Shown: positions 43,509 through 59,165 of the stretch, in pieces
How the letters are laid out: each line of letters opens with the position of its first letter
Position numbering within the stretch: the first letter of the stretch is position 1
Source of the DNA: Octopus vulgaris
Lineage: Eukaryota
Direction of reading: 5' to 3'
NCBI GenBank assembly: GCA_951406725.2
Contig: OX597824.1
Location: 5,890,001-5,954,000, forward strand
Length of the DNA: 64,000 nucleotides
Translations under genes and position numbers: made by a program
Notes under the pieces: model-generated
The model's database searches: none
Seen by the model: only the letters and a program-made list of their open reading frames with translations
Told to the model about the DNA's origin: nothing

Positions 43509-45947
43509 ATATCTTACATGAAATACTCTGACTCACAAATTGTTATGGAAGAAAGAAATGGAGGACCCAACAGTTTGTGTATAAAACATTTCACCTTCTG
43601 ATGGACGCATCACTATTAAAGGTAAATGTCTTGATTAATCGTCTGTAAAGAACACAAATGCGTAAGCTCACAGAATGAAAGAAATGAACTGAAAGCTACG
43701 ATAAATTAATAATATATCTTGTAAAATATGATTACTCGCCTGTTCTTTCAGAAAAAAAAAAATTCGAATTTTATATTTACGTGCGGTCAGCTACAGTTTA
43801 ATCATCGTGATTAGAGCCAACAGATTAACGCATATGAAGTAGCACACTGTTCCAAATCTATGCACTCTGAGTTCAAATCATTCTGGGGATCAATTTACGT
43901 TCCATTCTTTCAGGAACAATAAAAATTGCTAATCTAGAACGGTAGATTGATGGACTTGGGGCACGTGTTGGACTGCATACCTTACAATATTTGTTCTGTG
44001 TGTTTGTACTTTAAGCTGATATACTATAATAGCTTGTTTAGTTAGTAGATTAAATTTATCAATCATTTTAACAGCAGCTCTTGACACATTGAAAGCGTCC
44101 ATGTAGTTTCAACTGTTGTAAGTATTCGGTATAGGTATCTACTTTGAAAATACCGTCCTTATAGCGTTGGAAACTTTGTAAAGGTTCGCGGGCAGCATCT
44201 TCTCCTCTTGACTAAAAGACCAAAATAACAAAGACAGAGATACAAATGTTTGGTAAACATCGATATTTATGTAAGCTGCACAAAGATGAGCCAGGTAATT
44301 AGACTATTTCCCAATTTAGAAGACATTGATTTTTATAACCAATTTAAAATCTCTCGGTATTGATTCCGTTGATTCCTTTATAGTCTTTTAAATCCTATAT
44401 TTAGAGACAAGAAGAGATTACGATCTCGCAATTCTGCAGTTTGCAACTCATCACCATAGTAACAGAAGACTAATTAGGTTTCCATGCTTCGTTGATAAAG
44501 ATGTGTGTCCTTCCAAACAATTTATCTTGAGTTGGTAGCAAATAAGAGTTTTCTTGTGATTACGTTTTTACCCTGTGTTCCAGCCACTCAATAAATGACA
44601 ATTATTCTCTTCATTCGAATTACCATTAAAACCGAAAGTACTTGAAGACTTAGATCAACTCAGATAAATAATTTGTTATTATAAACAATCGATTTTGTAC
44701 TATTCAGAAGTGATATCACAAATGGCACGCATTAGATTTCCGATAAAATCAATTTCTTCATTATAGTTACTATAACATTTTAATTACTGGCAAAAAGTGC
44801 ACACAGGGCGATTAGAAAAGCATACAAATAAGCGTAATTTTCTGTTGAATACTTTTGCATTCTATTTTTAGTGTATTTGAAATATAATCCATAAAATTTG
44901 ATTGGAATTGATTTTATTAATGGCAATTGTCCTGTGCACGTTTACTAAAGTAGATTTTCAGACGTAGGATCTTAGAAGAATGATTATGCTAGTCTGAGAA
45001 AATGTAATTTTCCTTTTCAAACTTATAATCAACAATTTATATAGATAAATATATTTTCCTAGCAAAAAGAAAAAAGAAAAACAAACGAGCAAATATTTGC
45101 TGTTCATTTACACATCACTTACCTTTATAGGTAAAAAACAAATTCGTGAAAAAATTAATTTGTATTTGAAAACTCGAATGAAATTTGGACTATTTACTTA
45201 ATTACGGGCCCAATCGAGCAACAATTCCATTACAACTTTTGGCTGAGTGTGAAGGGGTTCATCAAACCGTCCGTGGCCTCGAATACAAAATACCCAATCA
45301 ACAATGAAAATCAATAATGCCTGCATGGCAAGCAATTAATGTCAGAGCGACCATATCCAAATTTCACCTCACCCACTGCCAACTTATTACCAGGTGTGTG
45401 CGTGTGTATTTGTGTGTGTATGTGTGTGTGTGTATGTGTGTGTATACACCCTAAACTCACATATATGTAATGCCAGTTTACCAGAAATATGAGAACCTAT
45501 ACTTACACGAATTTTCCCCTGTAATCGTTTATTTTGATTTGTGAACTCTCAACAATGGCGCTTACATGATTATGACTATGGTGTTCTAAATAATGAGCTA
45601 CGCATTTCATTGTGAAAGACTCAGAGTCACCTATCGCATGAAAAGCAGTTGCTTAGTTAGCATAAGCATATTTATTGCAGGACAGAGTAAAATGCTAATA
45701 AGAAATAATTATGCAATCATTAGATACATTGACCCGACATAGCATAGAAATTTTCAATAGCGTAACAACTGTTAATTACATATTGTCTAAGTAATTATAT
45801 TTTCTTTGATCAGTAAATGCATTATTTTATAATTTTCGGCAAATACGATGAACGTTATACTTCATTTATGAGGTCTGAATACTAATGAAGACTGACCGAA
45901 GCTGCGCCCCGTAAATGCAGAAAAACAAGAATCATATAAATTAATAC

Positions 45948-46430
45948 TTATTTCAAATTTTGGCCCAAGGCCAGCAAGCAGTTAAGGGGACGTGGGGGTA
46001 AGTTGATTACATCGACCTCAGTGCTTAACTGGTGTTTATTTTATCGACCCCGAAAGGATGAAAGGCAAAATCACCTTCGGTGGTATTTGAACTCAGAATG
46101 GGAAGACGGATGAAAGGCTGTCAAGAATTTTACCTGGCAAGCTAACGATTCTGCCAGCTTATGTTCAAGGCAAATAAGAATAATGACAATAATCATTTCT
46201 ACTGAAGGTAAAAGGCCTGAAAGTTTGGAGGAGTTGGGGCAGGTCGATCACATCGACCCCAATATGCTACTGGTACTTAATTTATCGACACACGAAAGAA
46301 TGAAAGGTAAAGCTAACCTCGGCGTAATTTGAACTCAGAACGTAGCAGCGGGCGAAATACCGCTAATCCTTTCGTCCAGCATGGTAACAATTATGCCAGC
46401 TCACCACCTTCAATAATGATAATAACAATG

Positions 46431-46499
<69 letters not shown>

Positions 46500-46741
46500 T
46501 TATCAACAACAACAATAATAATAATAATCCTTGCTACCGGAAGCACAAGGCCTCAAATTTGGGGAAAGGAATTAGGTCGATTAAATCGAAACAGTGCTTA
46601 ACTGGTACTAATTTTATCGACTCCGAAATGATGACAGGCAAAGATGACCTCGGTAGCATTTGAACTCAGAACGTACCGCCAGCCGAAATAACGCTAAGTA
46701 TTTAGCCCGGCGTGCTAGCTATTCTGCCAGTTCACCGCTTT
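45948..46741 (-). mobile_element. Three tandem diverged SINE S1 monomers (~45948-46140, 46195-46410, 46530-46741) separated by AAT runs
   Basis: Each has atcgac...aactggt...atcgac..gaaa.gatga.aggcaaa...tttgaactcagaa...tgccag. Confidence 0.85.
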
Positions 46742-46757
46742 AATAATGATAATAATT

Positions 46758-46788
<31 letters not shown>

Positions 46789-46814
46789 TGATGATGATGA
46801 TGATGATGATGATG

Positions 46815-47365
46815 TCCTGATGCAGTACCAGGCAGTGGCGCTCGTGGCTTCTGATCTTAACTGATTGGAAGTGTTATCATGTACGTTGGTATAAAAGATG
46901 GTCTACAACAAATATTCTGCTCAATAACGCCGATTTGTTTGTGAGTTGTTTGACCTTAGCCAGTTGAGCATCTCTCTTAGTGGCTGACGATATGTGCATC
47001 TCTGATCAGGAACAGAAGTAGTGGGGGAGCATAATAGCCACGTGTTGAGAGGGATTCTTTGGTGTTTGAATAATTCACCTCTGGAAACATGGGTGTTTCG
47101 TTCACCATCCTTAAACAACCCTTATTCAAAGACCATTTGAGCAGGATAGGCTACCCTACCTGAAGAAAATTCTTACTGGATCCCACCTGAGTGATCATGT
47201 GCTGTTTATCTTGATATGAGATCACGATTTTGTGCAAATAAGATTGTGATGCATGTGCCTAGTGTACCCTTATCAGGGGGGCAGTCATGATGGGTATACT
47301 GGGTTTCGTATATTTTACCCAGTGTCACTTTGATGACATGCACTGCGCTCTCACTCAATAATAAT
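46815..47365 (+). mobile_element. Family R repeat, longest copy, between (GAT/AAT)n and (AAT)n
   Basis: Starts tcctgatgcagtaccaggc and ends ctctcactcaataataat. Confidence 0.88.
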
Positions 47366-48235
47366 GATAATAGTCTTTGAACTAAGGTACTCACCGAATA
47401 CTTATTTACATTTCATAATGTTACTAAGTCGAATGTTTATCTAGAACTTAGTCCAATAATTATTTTAAAATTCAACAAGAAAATTATTCCTGTGATGAGA
47501 ATTTCGTATAAAATCAATATCTGAAGCACCCATAAAGGAAGATTCTCAGAAAATAGATTCTTGAATATCGTTGCGAATATGAAATGAAACATGGCGTAAC
47601 AGTAGCCTACAGGTTCGGCAAAAGGCTAGAAATGCCTAGCGTGGTTGATATCTCTTTCATCAACAACGCAGAATGCAAGAGTTAACATCTGCTGGATGGA
47701 GTCCCACAATGCAAATCTATTCATGCTTCCATTATACTACCATAAAATTTATCTAAACCTCTCCATAAAATCTTTATTTTCATCCATTTATTATTTTTTA
47801 GTGGTTCTTTTAAGTTCACATAATTTTGTACTAATTTTTTTCTTTATTTTTCTGCCGTTTAATTTACATCTATATATACATTTAGCTAATGAAAAATACA
47901 TTTATAACAGCAAAAAGGAAAATAAACAGAGCAGAGGCCTAAATAGATAAGAATATGGTTGGAATAAAAATGGACTCTCGCCATTAATGAGAATAATGAA
48001 AGCGAAGGATTGCGTTCGAGTTGATATTTTTAAAATACAATATTTTTCTAAGATAAGTTACGCACCCTCCTGATAAAAGAGTTGTGTATATATTCTTTAG
48101 TTTTCAAATCTTTTATTATGCTGAATATTTAAAAATCCGAAATTTGAAAATTATGAATGTATTATATTTCTTATCATTACTTTCATATGTGTGTGTGTGA
48201 GAGAGAGGGAGAAAATTATATATTCATATATAAAT

Positions 48236-48288
<53 letters not shown>

Positions 48289-48291
48289 TAT

Positions 48292-48503
48292 TTTATTTAA
48301 AAGCAACAGAAATATAACAAAAGCTGTAACTCAGAGTTTCACTTTCCAGTTCGTCGGACAGGTTTTGTTAAAAAAGTGAATGTGAAACTGAGTAAGACTT
48401 TTTTGTAATATTTCTGCTGCTTTTAAATAAAGCATATTACTCTACCTTTAGTATTTGAGTATTCTTCCTTCCACCTTGTTTCACATTTATTGGCTTACTC
48501 CGG

Positions 48504-48505
<2 letters not shown>
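48292..48505. mobile_element. Fold-back hammerhead-bearing element (family B) in (TA)n
   Basis: Arms ~48292-48342 and ~48382-48431 are inverted; colinear with 16203-16440. Confidence 0.85.
48324..48361 (-). ncRNA. Family B hammerhead motif, U4C core, all stems intact
   Basis: CUGU-CCGACGA-ACU(GGAA)AGU-GAAA-CUC(U)GAG-UU/ACAG. Confidence 0.72.
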
Positions 48506-48563
<58 letters not shown>

Positions 48564-48592
48564 CGGACAGAGATAGATAGACGCATACACAC

Positions 48593-49790
<1,198 letters not shown>

Positions 49791-49791
49791 T

Positions 49792-49862
<71 letters not shown>

Positions 49863-49923
49863 GCTGCTGATGATGATGATGATGATGATGCTACTACTAC
49901 TACTATTACTACTACTACTACTG

Positions 49924-49975
<52 letters not shown>
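49792..49975. repeat. (TAC)n/(GAT)n microsatellite
   Basis: Direct reading. Confidence 0.95.
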
Positions 49976-50236
49976 AAATTGGTCGTAATTGGTGTTTATT
50001 CACAGTAATCCTTCGACTATCGTGTGTGTGACGTTCCAAAAAGACCCGCGATCGGTGAACCGTGATAGGTGAACCGTGATATGGCGAGGGATTACTGTAT
50101 ATATATTTACACACACGCATGTATGTTATTTAAAACAGCTCGATTCGATTCCGTGCGACTCAGTTTCACGGGCCTCTAACAGAAGCTCCACCTCTTTCAG
50201 GCTTAGATTAACGAATGGAAAAATAAAGGAAGCAAA

Positions 50237-50728
50237 TGTTATCATGTACATTGTTTTGTCTTGGTATAAAAGATGGACTACAGCAAATATTATGCTCAAT
50301 AACGCCGATTTGCTTGTCAGTTGTTTGACCTTAACCAGTTGAGCATGTCCCTTAGTGGCTGACGATATGTGCATCTCTGATCATGAACAGAAGTAGTGGG
50401 GGAGCATCATAGCCATGTGTCGAGAGGGATTCTTTGGGGTTTGAATAATTCACCTCTGGAAACATGGGTGTTTCGTTCACCATCTTTAAACAACCTTTAT
50501 TCAAAGACCATTTGAGCAGGATAGGCTACCCTACCTGAAGAAAATTCTTACTGGGTCCCACCTGTGTGATCATGTGCTGTTTATCTTCATATGAGGTCAC
50601 CATTTTGTGCAAATAAGATTGTGATGCATGTGCCTAGTGTACCCTTATCAGAGGGGCAGTCATGATGGGTATACTGGGCTTCGTATATTTTACCCAGTGT
50701 CACTTTGATGGCATGCACTGCGCTCTCA
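50237..50728 (+). mobile_element. Family R repeat copy
   Basis: Very similar to 46872-47350. Confidence 0.88.
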
Positions 50729-51334
50729 TCGGTTGCTATTGGTCAAGTTGAGTAACATGATGTCAGCGTACGATCAGTTGCTCAGCGAAAGGTGAATTTC
50801 AATTACTGACCAGCTGGACAGAAATTAGTAGCGCCTAAAAGTACCCGGATGTGAAAGAAGACCGATGGCCGTATGAATGTGTGTGTATGTACGCACACGT
50901 ATGTACACACAGACACACGAACACAGACGCAAGCACACGCACACACAACACACACACACATACACAAGATGTATGATTGAGCTGATATTGGTGTATTATT
51001 GGTTGTATGTTCGTCTGTGTATGTGTGGATGTATGAGAGCGTGTGGATGTGTATGCGTTAGTACCAGCTACATATGCGTTATATATGTGCGTGTGACAGA
51101 CGAATGTTAGTTTGCCACATTTGTATCCCATCTATCACAGCCGCGTACTAATGCGCAGGCGCAGACATGGCCTTGTATAGTCCAATAATGGATTCTGGTC
51201 TTGCTTTATATTTCCATTTCTGTCAGCAATTTTGTTGAGGATGGTAATCGTTACTGCTATGCGATAATCTTTATTTTGGAGGTTACAGATTTCTCCTTCA
51301 CTTACACAGCTCTCCTTCAATGGTACCTCCTTCA

Positions 51335-51746
51335 GGTGATCTCATATCAAGATAAACAGCACATGATCTTGCAGGTGGGACCCAATTAGAATTTTCTTTA
51401 AGTTGAGTAGCACATCTCACTCAAATGTTCCCTGATTAAGGTTTGTTTAAGGATGTTGAACGAAACACCCACATTTACAGAAGTGAATTATCCAAACCAA
51501 AGAATTCCTCTGTGTACATGGCTTCACCACTACTTCTGCTCGTGATGAGAGATGCAAGTATCATCAACCACTACGAGACATGCTCAACTGTTTGTGGTCA
51601 AACAACTGAAAAGTAGATCTGTGGTATTGAGCAGAATATTTGCTATAGCCCATCTTTTATACCAAGACAAAACAATGTATATGATAACACTTCCAATCAG
51701 TTAAGATCAGAAGCCACGAGAGGCACTGCTTGACACTACATCAGGG
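51335..51746 (-). mobile_element. Family R repeat copy (5' portion)
   Basis: Reverse complement of 46815-47225. Confidence 0.85.
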
Positions 51747-52035
51747 TATATTATTATTACTATTATTATCATTTAGAAAGGAAAATAGATTGCAACAGTT
51801 ATCATATGAACTTGGGTGAACGAAATGTCGGCATCTAGAGTGCCTTCCACGGGTTCAAATATTACATGTCAGACTGCTTTTTAATATTTTTTTCTTAAGA
51901 TTACATAGGACTGAGGTAAATCCGCAAGAAGTTATAGAGAAATAAAATAGAAGAGTGCCATTAGTTAACATGTGAAATTGGTTGAACGATATTTCGGTAT
52001 CAAGCGTGCCTTCCACAGGCTAAAAAATTACAAAC

Positions 52036-52072
52036 CACTTATCATTATTTTATAATTATTTTATCATTATTA

Positions 52073-52115
<43 letters not shown>

Positions 52116-52123
52116 CATTACTA

Positions 52124-52166
<43 letters not shown>

Positions 52167-52190
52167 CATTATTATCATTAGTATTATTAC

Positions 52191-52231
<41 letters not shown>

Positions 52232-52310
52232 TTATTATTATTATTATTTATTATTATTATTATTATTATTACTATTTTTTTATCAATATTTTTGCTGTTG
52301 TTGTTGTTGT
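52036..52310. repeat. (ATT)n microsatellite (a similar tract lies at 54340-54580)
   Basis: Direct reading. Confidence 0.95.
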
Positions 52311-53339
52311 TGAATTGCTGTTCTTGTTAGTTCTGGGAGCTGTGAGAATCATGAGAGCTTGGGCAAAATGCTCTGCGAAGAAACAAGTAAGACGCCCGGC
52401 AAAACCCGCCTCAGATAACTGTAATTAACCTTTGACACATTCATTAATCTCCAAACACATTCTCAGTTCATTTGCAGCTAAAACAACCTCGAATTATATA
52501 TAATTCAATGGCGTTTTTTCATAAATTCATCTTTCGAAGACGTCTTTTGTGAATTACCGTAATTATTGATATCGTCAATATTTATATTCATAGCTTATTT
52601 TGACGACATCACAATAAATAGAAGTTTTGCTATTCCTGACGGGCAAATTTTATTGCGAATGAAGATTTATAGCTGCAAGACAGGATCCTTATTTGGGCAT
52701 GGGAATAGATTTTGGCGCGTTTTCTCTGTTCCCTGTTTAATCGTGCGCAGAAATATAAGTGTGATTTATAAGTTGAAATAGAATAAAATAAAGATATGCA
52801 AGATACTTTGAGTAGTACACACACACGTGTATATAAATGTGCGCATATGTGTGTGTGTGTGTGTATACACATGTATGTATATATGTATATATGTATATGT
52901 ATTTATGTATATATGTGTATATATATATACATATATATAAATATGTTTATATATACATATATATACGTCTATTAGTGCGTTTGTATGTATAGTTATGTGT
53001 ATATTATGTATATATGAATATGTATTTATGTATATATGCGTGTGTGTGTGTGCGTGTGTGTATGTGTATACATACATCCATAACATTTCACTAACTTTGG
53101 TGTCTCCGGGATATATTGCAGAAGTTTATTAAAATATATCGGTTATCTCTAACTGACACCCTCCAAACATATACATCATACGTGTATTTATACACGTGAT
53201 TAAACAGAACAACTGGATAAGCTAGTCAAACATATTCTCAATTTTAAAAGTAGATTCTGCTCACTAGTCTATAATTCTTCACTCGTCAGAACACTTCCCT
53301 GACAGATGTCTCGAATTCTATACACCTTATATTTATTGT

Positions 53340-53694
53340 GTGGAGGCGCAATGGCCCAGTGGTTAGGGCAGCGGACTCGCGGTCGTAGGACCGGGCGTTG
53401 TGGGTGTTTATTGAGCGAAAACACCGAAAGCTCCACTCCACGAGGCTCCGGCAGGGATGGTGGTGATCCCTGCTGTACTCTCTCACTCTTACTTCCTGTT
53501 TCTGTTGTACCTGTATTTCAAAGGGCCGGCCTTGTCACTCTCTGTGTCGCGCTGAATATCCCTGAGAACTACGTTAAGGGTACACGTGTCTGTGGAGTGC
53601 TCAGCCACTTACAAGTTAATTTCACGAGCAGGCTGTTCCGTTGATCGGATCAACCGGAACCCTCGTCGTCGTAACCGACGGAGTGCTTCCATCC
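53340..53694 (+). mobile_element. SINE S3 (tail type 1) with 11-bp TSD; B-box region deleted
   Basis: TSD atatttattgt at 53329-53339 and 53695-53705; near-identical to the 30563 copy. Confidence 0.92.
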
Positions 53695-53731
53695 ATATTT
53701 ATTGTATTTATTATCATCATCATTATTAATA

Positions 53732-54232
53732 TTATTGAATGACACTGGGTTACAAATATGCGAAGCCCAATATACCCAATATGACTACCCGTCTGATAAA
53801 GGTACACTAGGAACATGAAACAAAGTCCTATGTACGTTACATGATGATCTCATATCACCATAAATAGCACATGACCTTGCAGGTGGAAGCCTAGTTAGAG
53901 ATTTCTTCAGGCTTAGTAACCCATCGTGCTCAAAACGTCCCTAAATAAGGGTAGTGAAACACCCATATTTCCAGAGGTGAATTATTCAAACCCCAAAGAA
54001 TTCCTCTCAACTCATGGCCATCACGTCTCCCACTAACTCTGCTCGCGATGAGAGATGCACATATCGTCAGTCACTAAGAGACATGCTCAACTGGTTAAGG
54101 TCATACAACTAACAAGCAAATTTGCGGAATTGAGCAGAATATTTGTCGTAGGCCATCTTTTCTACCTAGACATAAGTTGTAAATGATAACACTTCCCGCC
54201 AGTAAGATCAGGAGCAATGACGAACAGTGCCT
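53732..54232 (-). mobile_element. Family R repeat copy
   Basis: Reverse complement of 46830-47330, diverged. Confidence 0.85.
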
Positions 54233-54364
54233 ATTTGCTTTTCATCCTTCAGGGGTCGATAAAATAAATATCACTTGAACACTGGTTTCAAATTTTGCCA
54301 CAAGTGCAGTAATCTTGGGGGAAGGTGATGAAATTTGAAATCATTATTATTAATATTATTGTTG

Positions 54365-54452
<88 letters not shown>

Positions 54453-54473
54453 AATTATTATTATCATCATAAA

Positions 54474-54545
<72 letters not shown>

Positions 54546-55004
54546 CATCATCATCATTATTATTATATTATTATTATTATCAAAAAATGCCTCGTAAAAC
54601 ATCAACAACCCACATTCATTCAAAGTTTCCCAGAGTGCTGCGTGATATTAATATTGCATAAATATAAACAAATTTCGGTTTTATATCATAACATATCGAA
54701 TGATATCAACTGAAAACATATCCAATGTCTACTTTAATAGAAATAAATATATACTGGTCTAAAGAACAATGTTTCTCGTTTGGTGATGCCTATAAATATT
54801 TATAGGCACGTAATGCTTAGTCAGCGGCGAAACAGGACCTTAACCGTTCGTGAACCTCAGATTTATATTTGTGATTAAGATAAACTCAGTTAAACAGCGT
54901 TTTGAAATCTATGCGTTCTGAAACTAGAAGCGAAGAATAAAATTAATGTAGATTGAAACCCGATTGTGTGTGTGTATGCGTGTGTGTTTGTGCATGTCTC
55001 TGTC

Positions 55005-55054
<50 letters not shown>

Positions 55055-55335
55055 CTTGGGCTTGTATGCCCAAAATATTTACAAGGAGAATGAGAGAGCG
55101 AGATGTGAATTGTGAAGAGTAAAATATTGTTATGATTTTTAATGAATATTTTAAAAGATATAGATTACATGAGTTTAAAAAATATAGATTACATAAGTAT
55201 GCGTGTCAAAGTCTAGGGGAGGGTTGTTACATACTCTAAAAATAGCAAATTTACATTAACAAGAGAATGTATTTAATTCAAGGACTGCATATGTGTGTGA
55301 GAGCGTCTGTGTGTCTGTGTGTTAGTATTATGCAT

Positions 55336-55545
55336 GTGACCGCGTGTGTATCGTTGGCGATTTTCTTTCTCCGTCTTCCCTTCTTTGGATCTTTCCTTTT
55401 CCTATGTTTCTAACGAAGAGCTTCGCTCGAAACGTTAATTCCTTCTTTCTTTCCAGGCCTGAGCGTCCAATAACATTATACCTGTTCCACGTCCTCGCGT
55501 TGTTGTGTTTTCTCTTTGTTCATGTTTGGATTAACTATATATTAT
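55336..55545 (+). mobile_element. Family E element; hammerhead motif at 55406-55440 with a G5A-mutated core
   Basis: UUU-CUAACGA-A-GAGC(UUC)GCUC-GAAA-C-GUU; homologous to 11652-11858. Confidence 0.8.
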
Positions 55546-56089
55546 ATATATGTATATATATATATATTTGTGTGTGTCTGTGTGTGTGTGTGTGTGTGTG
55601 CATGTATATATGTAGATGTATATGTATACACAGACACAAACACACGCACAAAGACACGCATATATACATTCTTAATTATATTAGAGGGTACACGAAGCAC
55701 CAGCTTATAAGAGAGTGGAAGTAATCCCCCCCCCCCCATAATCCCACCGAAAATATGTAATGGACCAGTAGATATCGGCAAACGAGCTGAATTTAGCATT
55801 ATCTGAGTTAAAATGCCGTTTGAATAAGGTAACAGATAGACCTGGATCGTGATTTCGAATAATGGCTAACGCCTCAATTCTCCTCGGTAGGTTTGTTATA
55901 TAAATATATAACGCATATCTTGTGTGTGTGTGTGTATGTGTGTGCGTGTGTATTAGATTAGAAACTGTGGAATTACAGTGTTGTGCTGTACGTCTCATGC
56001 TCCAATACCATAGTAATCGGAGGCAATTTCAAAGCTAGCTGTATATTATCTAACAAACTGCCAGCCTCAATATGAAATATTTTTAGTGC

Positions 56090-56398
56090 TCTATGAATAT
56101 TTTTCGTTTTTAGATTTGGTTTGCAAGATTCTTTATATGAGTTCGTGTGTTGAAGCATATTCTGTTGTGTCTGGGGAGAGTCATTTTCTTTTTGTCACTT
56201 ATCATGTACCACACCTACCGGTAAAATTTCCACTTTTTTCTTATTTTCATTTTCCTAAAAAATGTCGTTGCGTCTTGCAACCATTTCAAAAGTCTTGACG
56301 AAGACTATTGAAAAGGTTGCAAGACACAAGGAAAATTTTCGGAAAATAAAAATAAGAAATAAATGGAAATTTTACCGGTGAGCGTGTTACATGATATG
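56090..56398. mobile_element. Fold-back element (family C) with U3-A8 hammerhead-like motifs in both arms
   Basis: Arms ~56200-56296 and ~56301-56397 are inverted around gacg; right arm CUA-UUGAAAA-G-GUUGC..GAAA; left arm (minus strand) has a perfect GUUGC/GCAAC stem. Confidence 0.8.
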
Positions 56399-56411
56399 CA
56401 GCACGGATTTT

Positions 56412-56458
56412 TGTCAGTGAACAGGTCGCGGTCTTAAAACGACGAAAAGATTTTGACA
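56412..56458 (+). ncRNA. Family F hammerhead motif with G3-C8 core
   Basis: UGUCA-GUGAACA-G-GUCG(..)CGAC-GAAA-AGAU-UU/UGACA; 5-bp stem I, 4-bp stem II. Confidence 0.65.
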
Positions 56459-57294
56459 AATTAAACTTAAATGTTGAAGTGAATCGAACGGCTTTTGTGT
56501 GTTTCTTAAATGACTTACAAACACCTTCCACGCTGCAATTGTTTATATATATATATTTATATATCCCGAACTGTACACTTGGTTATTTAATTTTATATTT
56601 AACCAACGCGTCCTATATTTGTTTATATTCATTGTAAATGAAATACATTGGATTATAAATTAAATTCTAACAATTTTATTTACTTTACTTTTCCCCTGTG
56701 TAACTAACAATCAAGAATTTATAGATAATTAAGCATTGTCTATCAGGAGCTTACACTTGCATCGGAGTAATTCAGCAGAAATGTTTAACGTTTACTCTGC
56801 AGTAAACGCTGCAGGATCTCAATACATTCTATTAACTCTGCTGTCAAGTTTTTCGCCAATTCTTTTTCGCTGTCATGATAATTAAATTTCTTAAGTCAAC
56901 GACCTCTTTTCCTGTCTATGCAACAGGCAATTTATATAAAAGCTAAGCTTAAACACCGTACAATCTTCAACGGTAATCATTCAATGATTTTGTTTCTTTT
57001 GTCTATATTTCTCTGCATTAAAATACTTCGGTTCTGCCCTTTCTCTCTTCACCATCTTTCTGTTTTCGCTCTTTTTTGCTATGTTTCAAGTAAATTATGC
57101 TCATTATCTGATATCGAAGTTTCCGTTCATTGATACAAGTTTACATTAGTTTGAATAGGCTGTCTAATTGAGACATGCTAGTTTTTGCCAAATCTCTCAT
57201 GGAAATAAACATGCGTATATACATGCTTCTAAATACACATATAGAAACTCATATAAATACGTGTGTACATGTGTGTGTTTTGTGTGTGTTTTGT

Positions 57295-57326
<32 letters not shown>

Positions 57327-57718
57327 TTGTTTGTGTGCATGTGCGTGTGTATTGAAACATTATGAATCTACACTGACTTTTGCTTCAGGCTGGATTCTTA
57401 TCTATCTATACTCTATCCCAGATATTGAGTTCTATATCTGATACATTCTCAATGTACGACGATGGTTTAGCTGGCCAAAACTTCAAAGTCACTGTTAACA
57501 GCATTCTTGTTTAAGACTAATAAATTTGTACTCTACCAAAGTATAGAGTAGCCCATCAAACTGGTTTTAATTGTAATTGAATTTTTAAAATAATCATGCA
57601 TATATGTGTGCGTATGCATAAACACACACACACACACATATATATATATATGTATGTATGTATATATATATATACATATATGTATATATATGTGTGTGCG
57701 TATAGACATGCATATATG

Positions 57719-57786
<68 letters not shown>

Positions 57787-58245
57787 TACATGTGAGTGTG
57801 TATATATGTATTGTGAATGTCTGTGCCACGTATTCTTCTGATAGTGATACGAGTACCAGGTTACATTGTAATTAATTACAAACTGAATGGAAAAATATCT
57901 GATGTCATAATTAAATCGACCGTGAAATGGATGTGACCTAACAACTTATAAAATATTTTACATCAACTGTGAACTGTATCGCAAGTCTGTTTAATAATAT
58001 TACATGGGAATTTAGAAGTCTGAGATAATGATGTACTTGCTTAATGTGCAGGGAAAACATATGCATCTTCGGTCCCCTGTTTGGCTTCGGCAGGAACTTG
58101 TTCAATCGGTAAGTATACAGAAGTTTATATCTTTGCCATCTGCAAACACAAGCAGTAAGTTTTGCTTGGTGCTTTGTTGACGATTATCGCTCCGCACACA
58201 ACACATACGTGATCTGCTTTTTCAAACTATCTCTCTCCCTCTTTC

Positions 58246-58301
<56 letters not shown>

Positions 58302-58420
58302 TGAATCAAATATTCAGTTTTGAATTGGAATCAATATAGATTTCTAAGAATGATAAGTATGCTGCATATAGAATCCAATGTCTCTCTCTCCTAATCGGAA
58401 AAGCATTAAACCAATATTTT

Positions 58421-58715
58421 GTTGTCTCTGGGGAGGGTCATTCTCTTTTAGTGCCTTATAATTCAACACCATCACCGGTAAAGTTTCCACTCATTTATTT
58501 ATTTTTCCTAAAATTTTCGTTGCTTTTCAATAGTCTAGTGGAAACTTTACCGGTGAGTGTGTATAATAATAAGACACTAATAGAGAATGACTCTCTCCAG
58601 ACACAACAAAATATGCTTCAACACACGAACTCATATAAAGAATCTTGCAAACCAAATGCAAAATCGAAATCAAACCAATAATAAATCTATTTAAAACCTT
58701 TGAACAGCGCCGCAA
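58421..58715. mobile_element. Fold-back element (family C)
   Basis: 58421-58491 is the reverse complement of 58537-58607; the spacer holds a deleted hammerhead remnant (minus strand cta-ttgaaaa-gcaac-gaaa-atttt-ag). Confidence 0.8.
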
Positions 58716-58859
58716 TTGTTCATCAGATGCGATATCATGTGAGTAAAATGAACCTGAATGTTCGTATTTGTATCTCTTCTCTTTTCATTCATCCCAAATC
58801 CTTACTACGATACCCCAAGTTAAGGGCTTTAATTGTTTAATTGCCACTAAATATTGTTG

Positions 58860-59165
58860 GTGTGGAGGCACATAGCCTAGTAGTTAGAGCAACGCACTCG
58901 CGGTCGAGGAATCGCGAGTTCGAATCTTAGACCGGACGATGTGTGTGTTTATGAGCGAAACACCTAAGCTCCACGCGGATCCGGCAGAAGGTAATGGCGA
59001 ACTTCTGCTGACTCTTTCGCCACAACTTTCTCTCACTCTTTCCTCCTGCAACTTGCAGCTCACCTGCGACGGACCGGCATCCCGTCGCAGGTGGGCAATC
59101 TATGCGACAAGGAAACCGGGAAACCAGCTCTTATGAGCCAGGCGTGGCTCGAGAAGGTTCAAACA
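58860..59165 (+). mobile_element. SINE S3 (tail type 3, V-domain-like) with 11-bp TSD
   Basis: S3 head; tail cctgcgacggaccggcatcccgtc...gaaaccgg...atgagcc..tggctcg; TSD aaatattgttg at 58849-58859 and 59166-59176. Confidence 0.85.

Noticed and set aside
45948-46741. CRISPR-like repeat-spacer array
   Set aside because: Units are ~200 bp diverged SINEs in eukaryotic DNA; no cas genes
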